NCBI GenBank assembly: GCA_051362555.1
Contig: CM120648.1
Span: 14,318,587 to 14,382,586 of the forward strand
Reading direction: 5' to 3'
From: Lingula anatina
Lineage: Eukaryota; Animalia; Brachiopoda
Length of the DNA: 64,000 nt
Below are positions 13,555-26,985 of this stretch, one piece after another; within the stretch, counting starts at the first letter, position 1, and every line of letters begins with the position of its first letter. A program made the position numbers and the translations under genes. The notes under the pieces were generated by a model. That model had not been told where the DNA came from. It was given only the letters and a program-made list of their open reading frames with translations, and searched no databases.

Positions 13555-14300
13555 GATCAACATCAAGAACTACAATGTCGCAGCCTCAGCACAGGTCAGT
13601 GCAACAATGATATTACTATACTGGTGATTCTCTTCAGTTTCCTTTTTTTACCACCACCACCACTATTTATACTATCTTGAATATTGACATCTTGTAAAAG
13701 GGTCACTAAAGATCCCACTCGATCAGTTTGATATATGTTCAAAGTGAAAAGGGTTAATGTGAACTCTTGGGGGTCTGAGCAAAAATCTGCCAGTTTTTCA
13801 AATTGCCATATGGACAAAATTTCATATATACCTTTTGATACCTTTTGATATACCATGTGCACTGTCTGTTGTGACAATGTATGTGTCTGTATATATATTC
13901 TGACCATTGTGTGTGTCTGTTTTGTCCCTGTACACATTTATTTCTGTTCTGATCTCAGTGTGTACTATGTCTGTGTTATAATTATAAATCTGCTAATATT
14001 CTTTCTTGAAGATGTCTCTTATTTCAGTATTGATGAATGTGTGCATGTCTCCATTTTTATCACACTGCTGAGGAGAGCCAAATTCCTCATCGACATCAAG
14101 ATCAACAACCTGGCTGCCTTAAGAGAGGTCAGTGCAATAATGATATATTGCATAAAACTGGTGTTCTAGCTCTTCAATCACTTTGTGAACACCACCACTA
14201 TATGCATGTATAGTACCTGGAATAGTATCATTTTGTAAAATGGTCAATTAATTAGACCCACTCACTTTTATATTTGTTCAAAGTGAAAAGGGTTCATAGG

Positions 14301-15339
14301 TACCATGGCCCATAGGAGCCTACGCGTGCGTCTTTTAGATGCCCCTTTACATGCGAAAACGACAAGGCCTAAGCCGAGTTCGTCTTTTACTACAGAGCTT
14401 TGAGAGCCGAAAATGGCATGGCTGTGTCTCTTTCGCCACTTACTGAACTCCAGAGATGCGAGATTAACACGACCCATGTCGCGTTTGTCTCTCAAAAGAC
14501 ACTGTTATAAAACATGAAATAGGCATTACGTGTGATTTTCGCAGCTGAATAAGTAGACCCTTATAAACGAAGTTGACGTGACCTTAGAGTCATGTCGCTT
14601 TCAACTTTTACAAACCTCCAACAAAATCTATCTCCACACAGACGCGCGCGACATGTACTATTGGACATGGGTCAGTTGAAAGCGACATTAACCTAAATGG
14701 CTCATGTTACTTTCAGCCGATTAATTTGAAACAGAAGGACCGTCTTAAAACCCTTTATATTTGAATCCTTGAAAATAAAAATATGAGGCCATATAATTAT
14801 TACAAGCAATTAGCCACACTGTTATCTAGATAGCACTAAATTATGATGGGATTCAAATGAAAAAAATGTTTTGGGACAGCACAACACTGTTTCAAATTAA
14901 TTGGATTTGACATATAAGAGTTGGCTGAAAGTAACATGAGCCCTTTAGGTTAATAGGGTTTCAACTGACCCATGTCCAATAGTACATGTCGTGCGCGTCT
15001 GTGTGGAGATAGATTTTGTTGGAGGTTTGTAAGAGTTGAAAGCGACATGACTCTCAAGTTACGTCAACTTCGTTTATAAGGGTCTATTTATTCAGCTGCG
15101 AAAATCACACGTTATGCCTATTTCATGTTTTATAACAGTGTCATTTGAGAGAAGAACGCGACATGGGTCGTGTCAATCTCGCATCTGTGGAGTTCAGTAA
15201 GTGGCGAAAGAGACACAGCCATGTCATTTTCGGCTCTCAAAGCTCTGTAGTAAAAGACGAATTCGGCATAGGCCTTGTCGTTTTCGCATGTAAAGGGGCG
15301 TCTAAAAGACGCACGCGTAGGCTCCTATGGGCCATGGTA
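14301..15339. mobile_element. Foldback-like non-autonomous DNA transposon with ~420-bp TIRs and 6-bp TSD
   Basis: taccatggcccataggagcctacgcgtgcg... / ...cgcacgcgtaggctcctatgggccatggta; arms 14301-14720 and 14921-15339; TSD catagg. The mirror ORFs at 14268 and 15145 reflect the palindrome. Confidence 0.92.
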
Positions 15340-17477
15340 CATAGGAACTCAAGGTGGGGTGGGGGCTGCTGAGCAAAAATCTCATTTTCATACCTGCAGT
15401 GCACTGTCAGTTGTGAGGGTTAATGTGAAGTCTGGGGGGGGGGGGTTGAGCAAAAACTCTGTCAGTCTTTCAAATTGCTATATGGGCAAATTTCTATGTA
15501 TACCTTTTGATACTTGTGCACTGTCTGTTATGACACTATATGTCTGTATATATTCTGATTACTGTGTATGTCTGTTTTGTCGCTGTATGTGTTTATTATA
15601 ATATAATAATATTTTTTTATCACTGTGTAATGTCTGTGTTGTAACTACTATATGTGGCTGCATATATTCTTTATTGAAAATATGTTCTCTGATTTTAGAG
15701 AAGATGAAGGTATGTCTCTTGGATTATCATCACCCTGAGGACAGCTAAACTCATCATCACCATCAAGATCTACAGTGTTGCAGCCTCAGAACAGGTCGGT
15801 GCAACAAACATATTTCTATACTGGTGATGTGATTCTCTTCAATCCCCCTTTTTAACACCACCACTATATATTAATCGAGTCACATACCATTCCATAGGCC
15901 CAATAGTCAAACCCTGCAATATGTTCTTTCCTATAAACTTTTTTTGCTGAAACGCATTCTTCAGGCCAAGAGAAGCAAAATTAGCTTGGTTGCTATGTTC
16001 AAGATATTGAGCATTTTTCAATATAGCCGTCAATATATGATGAAAAAAGCAAAACAACTAGTATTCGGCGGGGATACTATATTGAGAGCTTCTTTCAACG
16101 TTAATCTTATCAGAAGACAACAGCAGGACCATTGAATACACTTAAGTGCATAACATTTAGCAAATAAGAAAAAAGGCCGTCAAAACATATGTCAGAAAGT
16201 GATAAAAGCTGCAAAATTAGTTCGTTTTTGTAAATTTAATCTTATTAAAAGCATATCTGCTTTTTATGTTTATGTTCATTATCATATTTTGTTAGTCATG
16301 ACCCAAAACTGTTAGAATATTCTTATCTGACAGTTTAATAACAGGTGGTTGAGAATATCAACCCCCAAGAGTCTATTTGCCACTTCAACGGGTCCCATAG
16401 TCAAATACTTCTATAATTTTTTTAAGAATTTTCTTTTAGAATTGAATTCTTTGGGGCTATAAAAGCCAATTTAATTTGGTATTTTTTTGCCAGTGGCTAT
16501 ATATCTGGAAGTCTGGAACATTGATCAATTTTCAAAATTCGAGATGGCCGTCAATAATTTAAATTATATTAGAGTATTATATTATAAATAGGTAATTATG
16601 TCAACTTGCAAAGAGTCGGGTTCAAAGTGCATGATATCCCACATTTCAAATGAACGCTAAAACATATCCAAAAAGGTTTTAAAAAAAGCAATAAAATTAT
16701 GTTTTGAACTGATAATCTGCCATATAATATGTATTAACTCTTTTATTAGTTACAAGGTGTACTAGTAAGGTACAGTTATACTAAGAATCTTTGAAAAAGT
16801 GTCATTGATAAGACTGACCGTTATGTAAGTTCTCTTTTTAACGCAAGCTCAGTCTGAAGGAGATACTGTCAAGGGCCAACAGGGATTCCCGCAGGATTTT
16901 GGGTACAGGGAGTTCAAAATGTTAATTTGCAATCGGGGCCCTCATTTACAGGGAGTCCAACCAATTCCTTCAGGGAGGGGGGGTAAAATTAATAATAAAT
17001 ATATTTATCTATCTATTTATATAAAATTTAGCTTTAAAAATTCACGTTCTTTTTATTGAGATTGACATGTTTCAGAAAACTTCAAGGTTTAAATTACATC
17101 AGTATATATTACCACTTCTAATTTTTCTTATTTCTGCAAGTTTTTCACTTTAAATTATACAGGGTTTATACTTATTATGGGATATTATTTTTGGGTGTGT
17201 AAATTTTCTTCAAAATATTTATTTTCTCTTCAGCTATTTTAAATCCAAAACTGAAGTGTCACTCCATGTGTAGCCAGGTGTATTACCTAATTACCACATG
17301 ACTCTCAAAACAATTGATGCATGCAGTTACATGTTCTGTTGTCAGAAATGTTAGGGGTGGTCTTTTCGGCAATTTCTGCCCTTGTATAAAAACACATAAT
17401 GGTTTGGTCAATCTTTGCAGTGTATTTGAAACAACAAAGGGATCGTTCTGAAACTTGACAGGTACCTTAGAGAAGAT

Positions 17478-18968
17478 ATGGTTTGACAGCTAAGCAACGC
17501 AGCTTACTATGCGATTCTTGCTCTCAGAGAAAATGACCAGACATGGACGACTGCAATTGCTAGGCAATTCAACATTTATCAGTAACCGTTAGTAAAGTCC
17601 TCCAAAGAAATGCTATAACAGGGGCACCTACTCCAATATCTCGAACAGGGTGTCCACGTATCACAACAAGAAGACATGATGGCCTTCTCCTTAGAGTGTG
17701 CCGTGCTGGTCATACAAAGACAACCATGCAGTGTCCTCAGAAAAAAGTGGCAGAATGTCGTTCAAACACCCAGTTCAAGGTCCTTTGAGAACAAGAGATA
17801 ACTGCAAGCTGGTTTTAAAAACACACACAGAGTCGGGCAAAATGACCATATTTCCCCAAATCTAGAACACTATAAGGAGAACAGACAAACTAAATAGTAA
17901 TTAATTGGATCATAAATAAATTCAACCATTTCTGCAACAGATAATGAAAAATCCCACCACTTGCAACCGAGTTAAGATAATAAAAAGTCCCGAATATGGA
18001 AAGGGAAGGGTGGGTGGGAGAGCAAAGCGAAATTGGCTTAAGCTAGCAAAGTTGGTGTACTAACGCAAAATATTACGCATATTACAGCTGGCGGCGCTAA
18101 ACAAAGACTTCCCCAGGAGTGAAAATTAATAGGCCTATGAAATAAAGCTGAGTGACCATTGGTCACACTACCGGATGTTTTTCACGTGGCCTAGTTACTT
18201 AGAGCTGATAGGACAAAATTGTTTTTCACATGACTAGTTACTACCCTGGGAAACAAAGGCCAGCTGCAGGCAACCTTCCCTGTGTGTGCTTTTAAATACT
18301 CCTTATACTAAGGGGGCACATTTTGAAGATCTGCAGTATGGGCTGGGGACCACGTGCTTTTGCAGCCAAATCACTGGAATCATATAATTTTCAGTGATGA
18401 GGCCAGATATGGAGTTTTTAGCGTTGATGCCCATATCCGTGTCCGCCAACGTGTGCGAAAGACATAAAATGATGATGATTGTGTACTGCCTAGGGTGCAA
18501 GCAGGGGGTTGATAACGTCTCTGTTTGGAGAGCATTTCATGCTGGTGCCCAGAACCAGATGGTTTTTCTAGAAGGCAACCTCAACCAGGATTCCTACAGA
18601 GACATTCTATAGCAAACAATGCTTCCCTTTGTAAGAGTCATCTTCAGGAACAACTTTTTGTACCAAGACAACTACGCACCCCCACATCAAGCTCGCAGAA
18701 TCACTGTTTTTCTTCAAAACCATTGGGTTCAGCAACTGTCCTGGCCTGCAAACTCCCCAGATATGAACTCAATTGAAAATCTGTGGGCAGAAGTAACTCA
18801 CAGAATTAATAGCTATGGTCATTGGCCGGTAAATCGTGATGAACTACGACAGGCAAATATCACTGTGTGGAATGATATCCCCATCCAAACTCTGAAAAAC
18901 TTGTCACAGGGTATGCCATGTAGGGTGAGGGCGCTGCAAGTGGCTGCTGGAGGTCATACCCGCTATTA
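17478..18968 (+). pseudogene. Decayed Tc1-family (DD34E) transposase
   Basis: N-terminal IARQFNI...VSKVLQR...RTGCPRITTRRHD; catalytic part IIFSDEARY, FLYQDNYAPPH, WPANSPDMNSIENLW, GGHTRY; stops and frameshifts. Confidence 0.92.
17819..18291. mobile_element. Kolobok-type MITE (TTAA TSD) inserted in the Tc1 gene
   Basis: ttaa-aaacacacacag ... ctgtgtgtgctt-ttaa; Tc1 homology stops before it and resumes after it. Confidence 0.7.
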
Positions 18969-19489
18969 CATGATTACTTTTCATGATTTACTGTAATGAG
19001 TTCTTTGACTTCATAACATATCACTGTCCGTTGGCTATCATTTTCTTTAATATCTTATAATTAGCTTATAGTTAATACTGACATCAAACTGGTGATGTGG
19101 TTTTCTGGGTGTGTTCTTTTCTTTTGAGTGATCTATGTATAGATCTATGTATGACATCTGATGTCAGATTTGATATTATTGGCCAGAATATCTCACAATA
19201 GAAGACTGGACATTTTTATCACTCAATGACATACTATTTTGATGAATAAAGCCCAAAAAAATTTAATATGCGCTCAGGAATAACAATGATAAAAAATATT
19301 CCATATTAAGTATTAACCCTGTAGAGTCAATAAACAAAACAAACCATCTTAAAAATCTTTTGGTTATATATACTGACAGTCATTATAAACTTTGAGGCCA
19401 TATTTTTTGACATAATTGTTATTTTGAGCCCTAAACTGGATTTATTTTTCATATGAATCATTTGTTTAGGATATTGGCATACAGAAACA

Positions 19490-19780
19490 CAAATCTTAAA
19501 GGGATAATAACTCTTTGTATAAGATCTATATTTCACAATAAAAACATTGTGAACAACTCATAGAAATATAATTTATTCTGTTTTACCACAAAAATGGCAG
19601 TTATAGCTATTATTCTGAAAGACCACGTAACCTCCATTGATGGCTATACTCTATGTATGAAATGACTTTTTAGAAAAAAAACAGGGACTAACTTGTAAAA
19701 ATGGATTCTTCATTAACCATTGGTAAGTGTTGGAAAATTGTTGTTTACTCCAGGAAAAATTCATTTTTTGGTCAGAACAT
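19490..19780 (+). repeat. Interspersed repeat, inverted homologue of 58700-58975
   Basis: Shared gatggctatactc, ttaaccattggtaagt and aaaattgttgttt in reverse-complement order. Confidence 0.7.
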
Positions 19781-20094
19781 GAATAGCAAGAGACATACAT
19801 TTATACGTGTCATACGTTCAAATTAAAAATTGTATTGTTCATTCCATTGTTCATCATGTTTATGTATAGATCTATGCAAATTGCGATCATTTATTAGGCC
19901 ACACTTTTTTATTTTTATGGATGACATCCTCTAGGGACCCCGAAATTGGTGCGAGAGGGCAAAAAAAAAAATACTGCTTAAGTAAAGGAATGCTGTTAGG
20001 ACAGAGGCGTAGACATATGTATTTCCGAAGAAAATTCAATCGCCCCTATCAAAAAATACCAACTGGTACTCAAACGGATTTCAGTGTAACCTTA

Positions 20095-20246
20095 AAGTAT
20101 GGTGATTGTTGAAGCATGGAAAGTATTTTTTATGGAATTAAACGTTACAATGGAAATTAATGGGACTTTTTATAGTGGTTTGTAACCTAGAACAAAAGTG
20201 GATGGCTAGTCTTTTTAATTTCTATGGCAAGTGTAATGCTTAAATA
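20095..20246 (+). repeat. Older fragment of the tandem-array unit
   Basis: Matches ~22085-22240 (tatggaattaaacgttacaatggaaat...gtaatgcttaaa) and shares variants with 50870-51015. Confidence 0.88.
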
Positions 20247-20446
20247 GGGACTGTCCGGGATAGCCTATTTTGAACATCTGCACAGCAGATGATGTCAAAC
20301 GAGACCTGGATTGGAGCGAGATTTCACGAGAGGTGGGGTTAAAATCTGCCATTGAAACTTCTCTTGCGGTCGAGCACAAGTCTATGTTATAGGATTGCAT
20401 TGAGTAAAATTTGGCGTTGTCATGTAATTTGAGATAGAGCAACGCA

Positions 20447-20744
20447 ATGGCGAATTGCTAATGTTGTGTCGTAGGGTGCATTGCAGTTAAAGTTAAGCGA
20501 GAAAACCAGGAAAATGACCGTGGATGACGGACACGACTGGCGAGAGAAGTGAAGTGAAGAAAGAGAAGTTGGGCTTGATTAGATTAAAAGGACTAAGTGC
20601 GGACATATTTAAAGTACAGATCAGGTCGCAGTATTTTGTAGAAAGAAAGGGACCAACTGCAGACAACTCGCACCCGGCACGTCACTGGCTCCATGGCATC
20701 ACCGTATAGACCGTATCATCAACGGTCAAGGGGCATATTAATAA
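20447..20744 (+). pseudogene. Decayed THAP zinc-finger exon, probably the 5' part of an ISL2EU/Harbinger-type transposon starting near 20247
   Basis: MANC*CCVVGC ... IRSQYFVERKGPTADNSHP resembles THAP CxVxGC...CSxHF...PT; followed by donor gtgagt; CpG-rich block that abruptly interrupts the array-unit fragment. Confidence 0.6.
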
Positions 20745-21327
20745 GTGAGTTTTGTGTGTAGTTTACAGGACACCATGGTTTATTAATGTGATACAGCCCT
20801 AGTACTTGTGATTAATAGTCTTTTACGGTAACTATATCAGACAAATTTGCTTGTACCATTCCTATATCTCCATATAACATGTACCTGATTATGAAATACT
20901 GGTGAACCTTCCACACCTATTAAGCATACACATTGTTCAGTTGCATTTGTAACATTCCATGCCGGGTGGTCAGTTATGATAATTGCAAGTAAGGTAGAAA
21001 TTAGAGTTGGTATTTTACAACAACGTTTACCACATAATGATATATATTTCAGAAAACTAAGTGAGTTATTTTTTATTTATTTTAGAGCATGACAGACACA
21101 GCCCATGTTATTGAACCAGGCAAGAACTGTGAGAGTCATGTGGTCAGGATAATCAGATGTTGAAGATTGCTCAGTGTATATTAATCTCTTATGTCCTTAG
21201 TTATTATGTTGTTAATTATATCAGGAGTCAACAGATGGCATTTATGTGTGTATATGCAAGAGTGAGATGGAATTTATACATCTTGCTACGTTGTCTTTAT
21301 ATAATCTCAATGATGAAAGATGTGTGC

Positions 21328-21359
<32 letters not shown>

Positions 21360-22345
21360 TGGAGGTCATACATCACTTTTTGGACAGCCTTATTTGATAA
21401 TTTTGATCCAAGAAGATTTGCATATAAGAGAAAATTGAATTTTTTTTCTACTTTGGATTGTTTGAAAGTTTTTAATGAATTAAAGGAATTAATTTGTTCA
21501 TTTTCTTTTTGTTTCTTGTGTTATTCTCTATTTCAAAGTGATATTTTAATGCCTGCAGTCAGTTTTGCATATCCTCCCCTCTGCTGCATTTTAGTGCTTT
21601 TTTCATCTGCTTGGGGGCAGCACCTTACAGTAAAGTTCTTGTGACTGGGAGGCTATACTGTTAAATAAGATATCTTGATTTTATATACAGATGCAATAAG
21701 TGTATTAACGGTAATTAGGACTAAACTGCAGTCTTAGTTGGAAAAGCAGTGTTAATTGGTTTCTTTTTCAGAAGTTATACATTTTTGTGAAATTTATTGG
21801 CATTTTCATTGTGGGACATGGAACTCCCACACGCTTGAAGCAAAACGGTAATCAAATTTTCTACACATCCATGTTATTTATATTAGATATTTAAGTTGGT
21901 GGTAATTTCACTTTTAATCAGCATGTAATATTGCATCAAAATTGACAAAAAAAACTACTTTGTGCTCTGCCACCACAAACGTTATGAAAAGAAAAGTGTT
22001 ATTTATTACAGTGAAGTTATTGTGACTGGGAGGCTATACTGGTAAGGTATTCTGTTTAGGTCTTGGGTAAAATTGTTAGAATCTGAAGTATGGTGTTTGT
22101 TGAAAGCATGGAAAAGATTTTTTATGGAATTAAACGTTACAATGGAAATGAATGGGGACTTTTATAATGGTTTGTAACCTAGAACGAAAGTGGATAGCTA
22201 GTTTTTTTAAATATCTATGGCAAATGTAATGCTTAAAATGGATCATTATCCAAACACAATGTTTCTTGCACTGAACAATATCTGAAGTATGTCCTGTAAG
22301 CCTATTTTTAATCATTACCCTAACATTAAGCCCAACTTTTAAGCC

Positions 22346-22582
22346 TGGGTTCCCATGCCTAGACCGATCCATCTGGAACGGTCTAACTCGATCCCAGGGG
22401 AGTCTCACTAAATTCCTATCTACTCAACCGGCTTAAATGTCTGAATCGGCTAGAGGGTAAAGATAATTACCCCCTAACAGGTTTACAAGGCTTGAGAGAC
22501 ATTTAAGCCGTTTAAGTTGATGGGAACTTAGTGAGACGGTCCAGGAAGATAGATCGATCCAAATATCTGTGGGAATGGTCCC
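22346..22582. mobile_element. Palindromic interspersed element inside the array unit (representative copy), followed by degenerate (TAACCC)-like repeats
   Basis: Internal inverted repeat tctcactaaattcctatc...gcttaaatgtct / agacatttaagc...gggaacttagtgaga; relatives at ~52385-52615, 53996-55190 and 61726-62055. Confidence 0.7.
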
Positions 22583-22824
22583 TAATGCTAACCCTAATCC
22601 TTACGCTAGCCCTAAGTCTTACCCTAACTCTAGCCCTAAGTCTTACCCTTACCGTAAAATTAACCCCACGTTTTGAAGCGAGACCCCTGAAAGTTAGCCC
22701 CATCTTTTAAGTGTTACTTTAAAATCAACCCTACCTTTCACCCCCAATCCATAAAAAACAATTTATTGAAGAAATAACAGACAATAGTGTATGTATAAAA
22801 TTCACTTTGTTTATTATTATTATT

Positions 22825-23904
22825 ATTGTCATCTGGATGGCATCTAATGGACTTCTGTGGCAGCTTGTCAAGCATACCTTTTCGAACTGTACTGTTAACT
22901 TTTTTTGGTCTTCAGTCATACGTTTTATATTTTGTTAAAACAGTTCTTGTTTTGCATGTATTTGGCTTGTTTTTAAATGTCTTTTCTCATTTTGACTTGT
23001 TCATCTTCACTTTTCAGCTAGCACCGAACACATGAATTGTGGGCATGCAAGGATGGCCCCAGCATGATCCACAAGCTGCACTGTAGAATGGCCTGGTCCA
23101 TTGTTCACCTTGAGGACTGCACTGTGTGTCCCAACTGCCACTGAAATTCCTTGACATGCAGACACATTTTGGGTTTGTTGATGTATTAATGTCAGTGGTT
23201 TACTGCTTCTGCTTCTGGCTGTTACTATTAAATTGCTGAGAGAGCACGTACTGCATTTGTCTATTTTGTAGCCAATAGCTTGTCTTAATTTATCTTTATC
23301 CTCATCAGTCATATGTATAGCCTGTAGCCTTCTGCTAGCTTGTACTTGTTCCAGTGGTACCTTTTTGTACCCTGGCTTGTTAATGACTTAATTGCCTCTT
23401 TTACACAAGTTATGGTTCACATTGCAAAATTTAATCAAGGCATCAGTGGTATAGGTCAGTTTTTTTATCATCATATTCACATCCCCAGCACCTGCCTGAT
23501 ATTACAGTGAAAATGTCGTAGCACACTGCCGCTTAACATCATCATTGAATCAGTTAATCAGTCTTAAATTGTCTATTTTCAGTTGTCTAGAAAACATCCC
23601 AGAGCTCCAGGATACTTTGGCCGATGCACATGAATTCTGTCTGAGACTGAGGTGATGGATGTCTTTACATTTCAGTAGGAGTGGAGGGATATTACTTGTT
23701 GATGCCTGTGAGGTAGGTTGTAAGCCCTTAAGCCCTTAAGTGCATGTGAATCACCATCTAAAATGCAGTATTTCACAGGTGCTGGCTCAGTGTCCTTTTG
23801 CATTTCCACCATACATGCCTTCAAAGTCTGCTTTATCACCAATGCTGGAGTTAGGGGTTGCTGTAGCATAGTATTGACCCCAGTGGTCTGGACACATCTC
23901 ACAG
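22825..23904 (-). pseudogene. C-terminal half of a DDE transposase (Kolobok / 'Mutator-like transposase' type), representative copy; repeated in each unit
   Basis: Composite across frameshifts: CPDHWGQYYA...SIGD...CILDGDSHALKGL...DIHHLS...GMFS...DVKRQC...GDVNMMIKKLTYTTDALIK...MTDEDKDKLRQAI...NSQK-AEAVN...TNPK...RNFSG-THSAVLKVNNGPGHST. Other copies at ~25958-26439, 28455-29532, 31545-32622, 34054-34335, 36360-37438, 39460-40386 and 52080-52340. Confidence 0.72.
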
Positions 23905-23985
23905 CAGGCCCGTATATAGCCAGCAATTTCAAAAGGAGGGGGGGGGGGGGGGGCTCGTTTTTTTGAAGGAGTAGACCTTTTTTGT
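23905..23985 (-). mobile_element. End of a CAGGCCCGTAGCCAG-family MITE truncating the transposase (units 1-6)
   Basis: caggcccgta(ta)tagccagcaatttca..ggggg..tcgtttt..gaa..gtagacctttt is the reverse complement of 47236-47297. Confidence 0.75.
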
Positions 23986-26953
23986 GTTAGAGAATTTATT
24001 GTTAAAAGCTCCAAAAACTTCAGAATTGATATTAAAAAAAACTAACCCAAATAAATTAAGGGATTTAATCATGCTGATGTTGAAAGCTGTATTCATTTAA
24101 AGTCAAATACAGAATAAATTTGTGGAATACTGAATAAATTTAAAAGTAACAAGTGTTCAGTTTATCAAGTATTGTCATTACATTACAATTAATTAAAAGC
24201 TCCACGTAACATGTAGGCCTACATGACCAGGGGGAAAATCTATTTAGAGCTATAGCATTGTGTCATGCTTCTGTGCCTTCATTTAATCTCAAAGATGACT
24301 TGGTGTGTGTGTGTGTCTGTATATATGCGTGTATGTGTGTATATGCAAGAGTGAGATGGAATTTATACATCTTGCTACGTTGTCTTTATATAATCTCAAT
24401 GATGAAAGATGTGTGCGTGTGTGTGTGTGTGTGTAAGAGAGAGATGGAGGTCATACATCACTTTTTGGACAGCCTTATTTGATAATTTTGATGCAAGAAG
24501 ATTTGCATATAAGAGAAAATTGAATTTTTTTTCTACTTTGGATTGTTTGAAAGTTTTTAATGAATTAAAGGAATTAATTTGTTCATTTTCTTTTTGTTTC
24601 TTGTGTTATTCTCTATTTCAAAGTGATATTTTAATGCCTGCAGTCAGTTTTGCATATCCTCCCCTCTGCTGCATTTTAGTGCTTTTTTCATCTGCTTGGG
24701 GGCAGCACCTTACAGTAAAGTTCTTGTGACTGGGAGGCTATACTGTTAGATAAGATATCTTGATTTTATATACAGATGCAATAAGTGTATTAACGGTAAT
24801 TAGGACTAAAATGCAGCCTTAGTTGGAAAAGCAGTGTTAATTGGTTTCTTTTTCAGAAGTTATACATTTTTGTGAAATTTATTGGCATTTTCATTGTGGG
24901 ACATGGAACTCCCACACGCTTGAAGCAAAAACGGTAATCAAATTTTCTACACATCCATGTTATTTATATTAGATATTTAAGTTGGTGGTAATTTCACTTT
25001 TAATCAGCATGTAATATTGCATCAAAATTGACAAAAAAAACTACTTTGTGCTCTGCCACCACAAACGTTATGAAAAGAAAAGTGTTATTTATTACAGTGA
25101 AGTTATTGTGACTGGGAGGCTATACTGGTAAGAAATCTGTTTAGGTCTTGGGTAAAATTGTTAGAATCTGAAGTATGGTGTTTGTTGAAAGCATGGAAAA
25201 GATTTTTTATGGAATTAAACGTTACAATGGAAATGAATGGGCCTTTTTATAATGGTTTGTAACCTAGAACGAAAGTGGATAGCTAGTTTTTTTTAATTTC
25301 TATGGCAAATGTAATGCTTAAAATGGATCATTATCCAAACACAATGTTTCTTGCACTGAACAATATCTGAAGTATGTCCTGTAAGCCTATTTTTAATCAT
25401 TACCCTAACATTAAGCCCAACTTTCAAGCCTGGGTTCCCATGCCCAGACCGATCCATCTGGAACGGTCTAACTCGATCCCAGGGGAGTCTCACTAAATTC
25501 CTATCTACTCAACCGGCTTAAATGTCTGAATCGGCTAGAGGGTAAAGATAATTACCCCCTAACAGGTTTACAAGGCTTGAGAGACATTTAAGCCGTTTAA
25601 GTTGATGGGAACTTAGTGAGACTGTCCAGGAAGATAGATCGATCCAAATATCTGTGGGAATGGTCCCTAATGCTAACCCTAATCCTTACGCTAGCCCTAA
25701 GTCTTACCCTAACTCTAGCCCTAAGTCTTACCCTTACCGTAAAATTAACCCCACGTTTTGAAGCGAGACCCCTGAAAGTTAGCCCCATCTTTTAAGTGTT
25801 ACTTTAAAATCAACCCTACCTTTCACCCCCAATCCATAAAAAACAATTTATTGAAGAAATAACAGACAATAATGTATGTATAAAATTCACTTTGTTTATT
25901 ATTATTATTGTCATCTGGATGGCATCTAATGGACTTCTGTGGCAGCTTGTCAAGCATTGCAAAATTTAATCAGGGCATCAGTGGTATAGGTTAGTTTTTT
26001 TATCATCATGTTCACATCCCCAGCACCTGCCTGATATTACAGTGAAAATGTCGTAGCACACTGCCGCTTAACATCATCATTGAATCAGTTAATCAGTCTT
26101 AAATTGTCTATTTTCAGTTGTCTAGAAAACATCCCAGAGCTCCAGGATACTTTGGCCGATGCACATGAATTCTGTCTGAGACTGAGGTGATGGATGTCTT
26201 TACATTTCAGTAGGAGTGGAGGGATATTACTTGTTGATGCCTGTGAGGTAGGTTGTAAGCCCTTAAGCCCTTAAGTGCATGTGAATCACCATCTAAAATG
26301 CAGTATTTCACAGGTGCTGGCTCAGTGTCCTTTTGCATTTCCACCATACATGCCTTCAAAGTCTGCTTTATCACCAATGCTGGAGTTAGGGGTTGCTGTA
26401 GCATAGTATTGACCCCAGTGGTCTGGACACATCTCACAGCAGGCCCGTATATAGCCAGCAATTTCAAAAGGAGGGGGGGGGGCTCGTTTTTTTGAAGGAG
26501 TAGACCTTTTTTGTTTTAGAGAATTAAGTGTTAAAAGCTCCATAAACTTCAGAATTGATATAAAAAAAAACTAACCCAAATAAATTAAGGGATGAAATCA
26601 TGCTGATGTTGAAAGCTGTATTCATTTAAAGTCAAATACAGAATAAATTTGTGGAATGCTGAATAAATTTAAAAGTAACAAGTGTTCAGCTTATCAAGTA
26701 TTGTTATAACATTACAATTAATTAAAAGCTCCACGTAACATGTAGGCCTACATGACCAGGGGGAAAATCTATTTAGAACTATAGCATTGTGTCGATCATG
26801 CTTCTGTGCCTTCATTTAATCTCAAAGATGACTTGGTGTATATGTGTCTGTACATGTATGTGTGCGTGTATGTGTGTATATGCAAGAGTGAGATGGAATT
26901 TATACATCTTGCTACGTTGTCTTTATATAATCTCAATGATGAAAGATGTGTGC

Positions 26954-26985
<32 letters not shown>

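Larger units (their letters stand above)
12495..15870 (+). repeat. Degenerate tandem modules (~550-600 bp) containing exon-like segments, left block
   Basis: Recurring aagtgaaaagggtt..gtgaactc...gagcaaaaatct; exon-like segments at 13080-13594 (split by a MITE), 14028-14127 and 15699-15794. Confidence 0.8.

Noticed and set aside
15872-17470. Left part and TIR of the Tc1 element, or another large insertion
   Set aside because: No partner found for the candidate right end near 19110-19140 and no TSD; left unassigned.
21800-21990. His-Me finger endonuclease remnant (VGHG and LCHH motifs)
   Set aside because: Motifs are short, in the wrong order and lack the surrounding residues.
22580-22670. 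Interstitial telomere
   Set aside because: Only short, degenerate ccctaa-type repeats attached to a dispersed palindromic element; the RVRVR ORF is a by-product.
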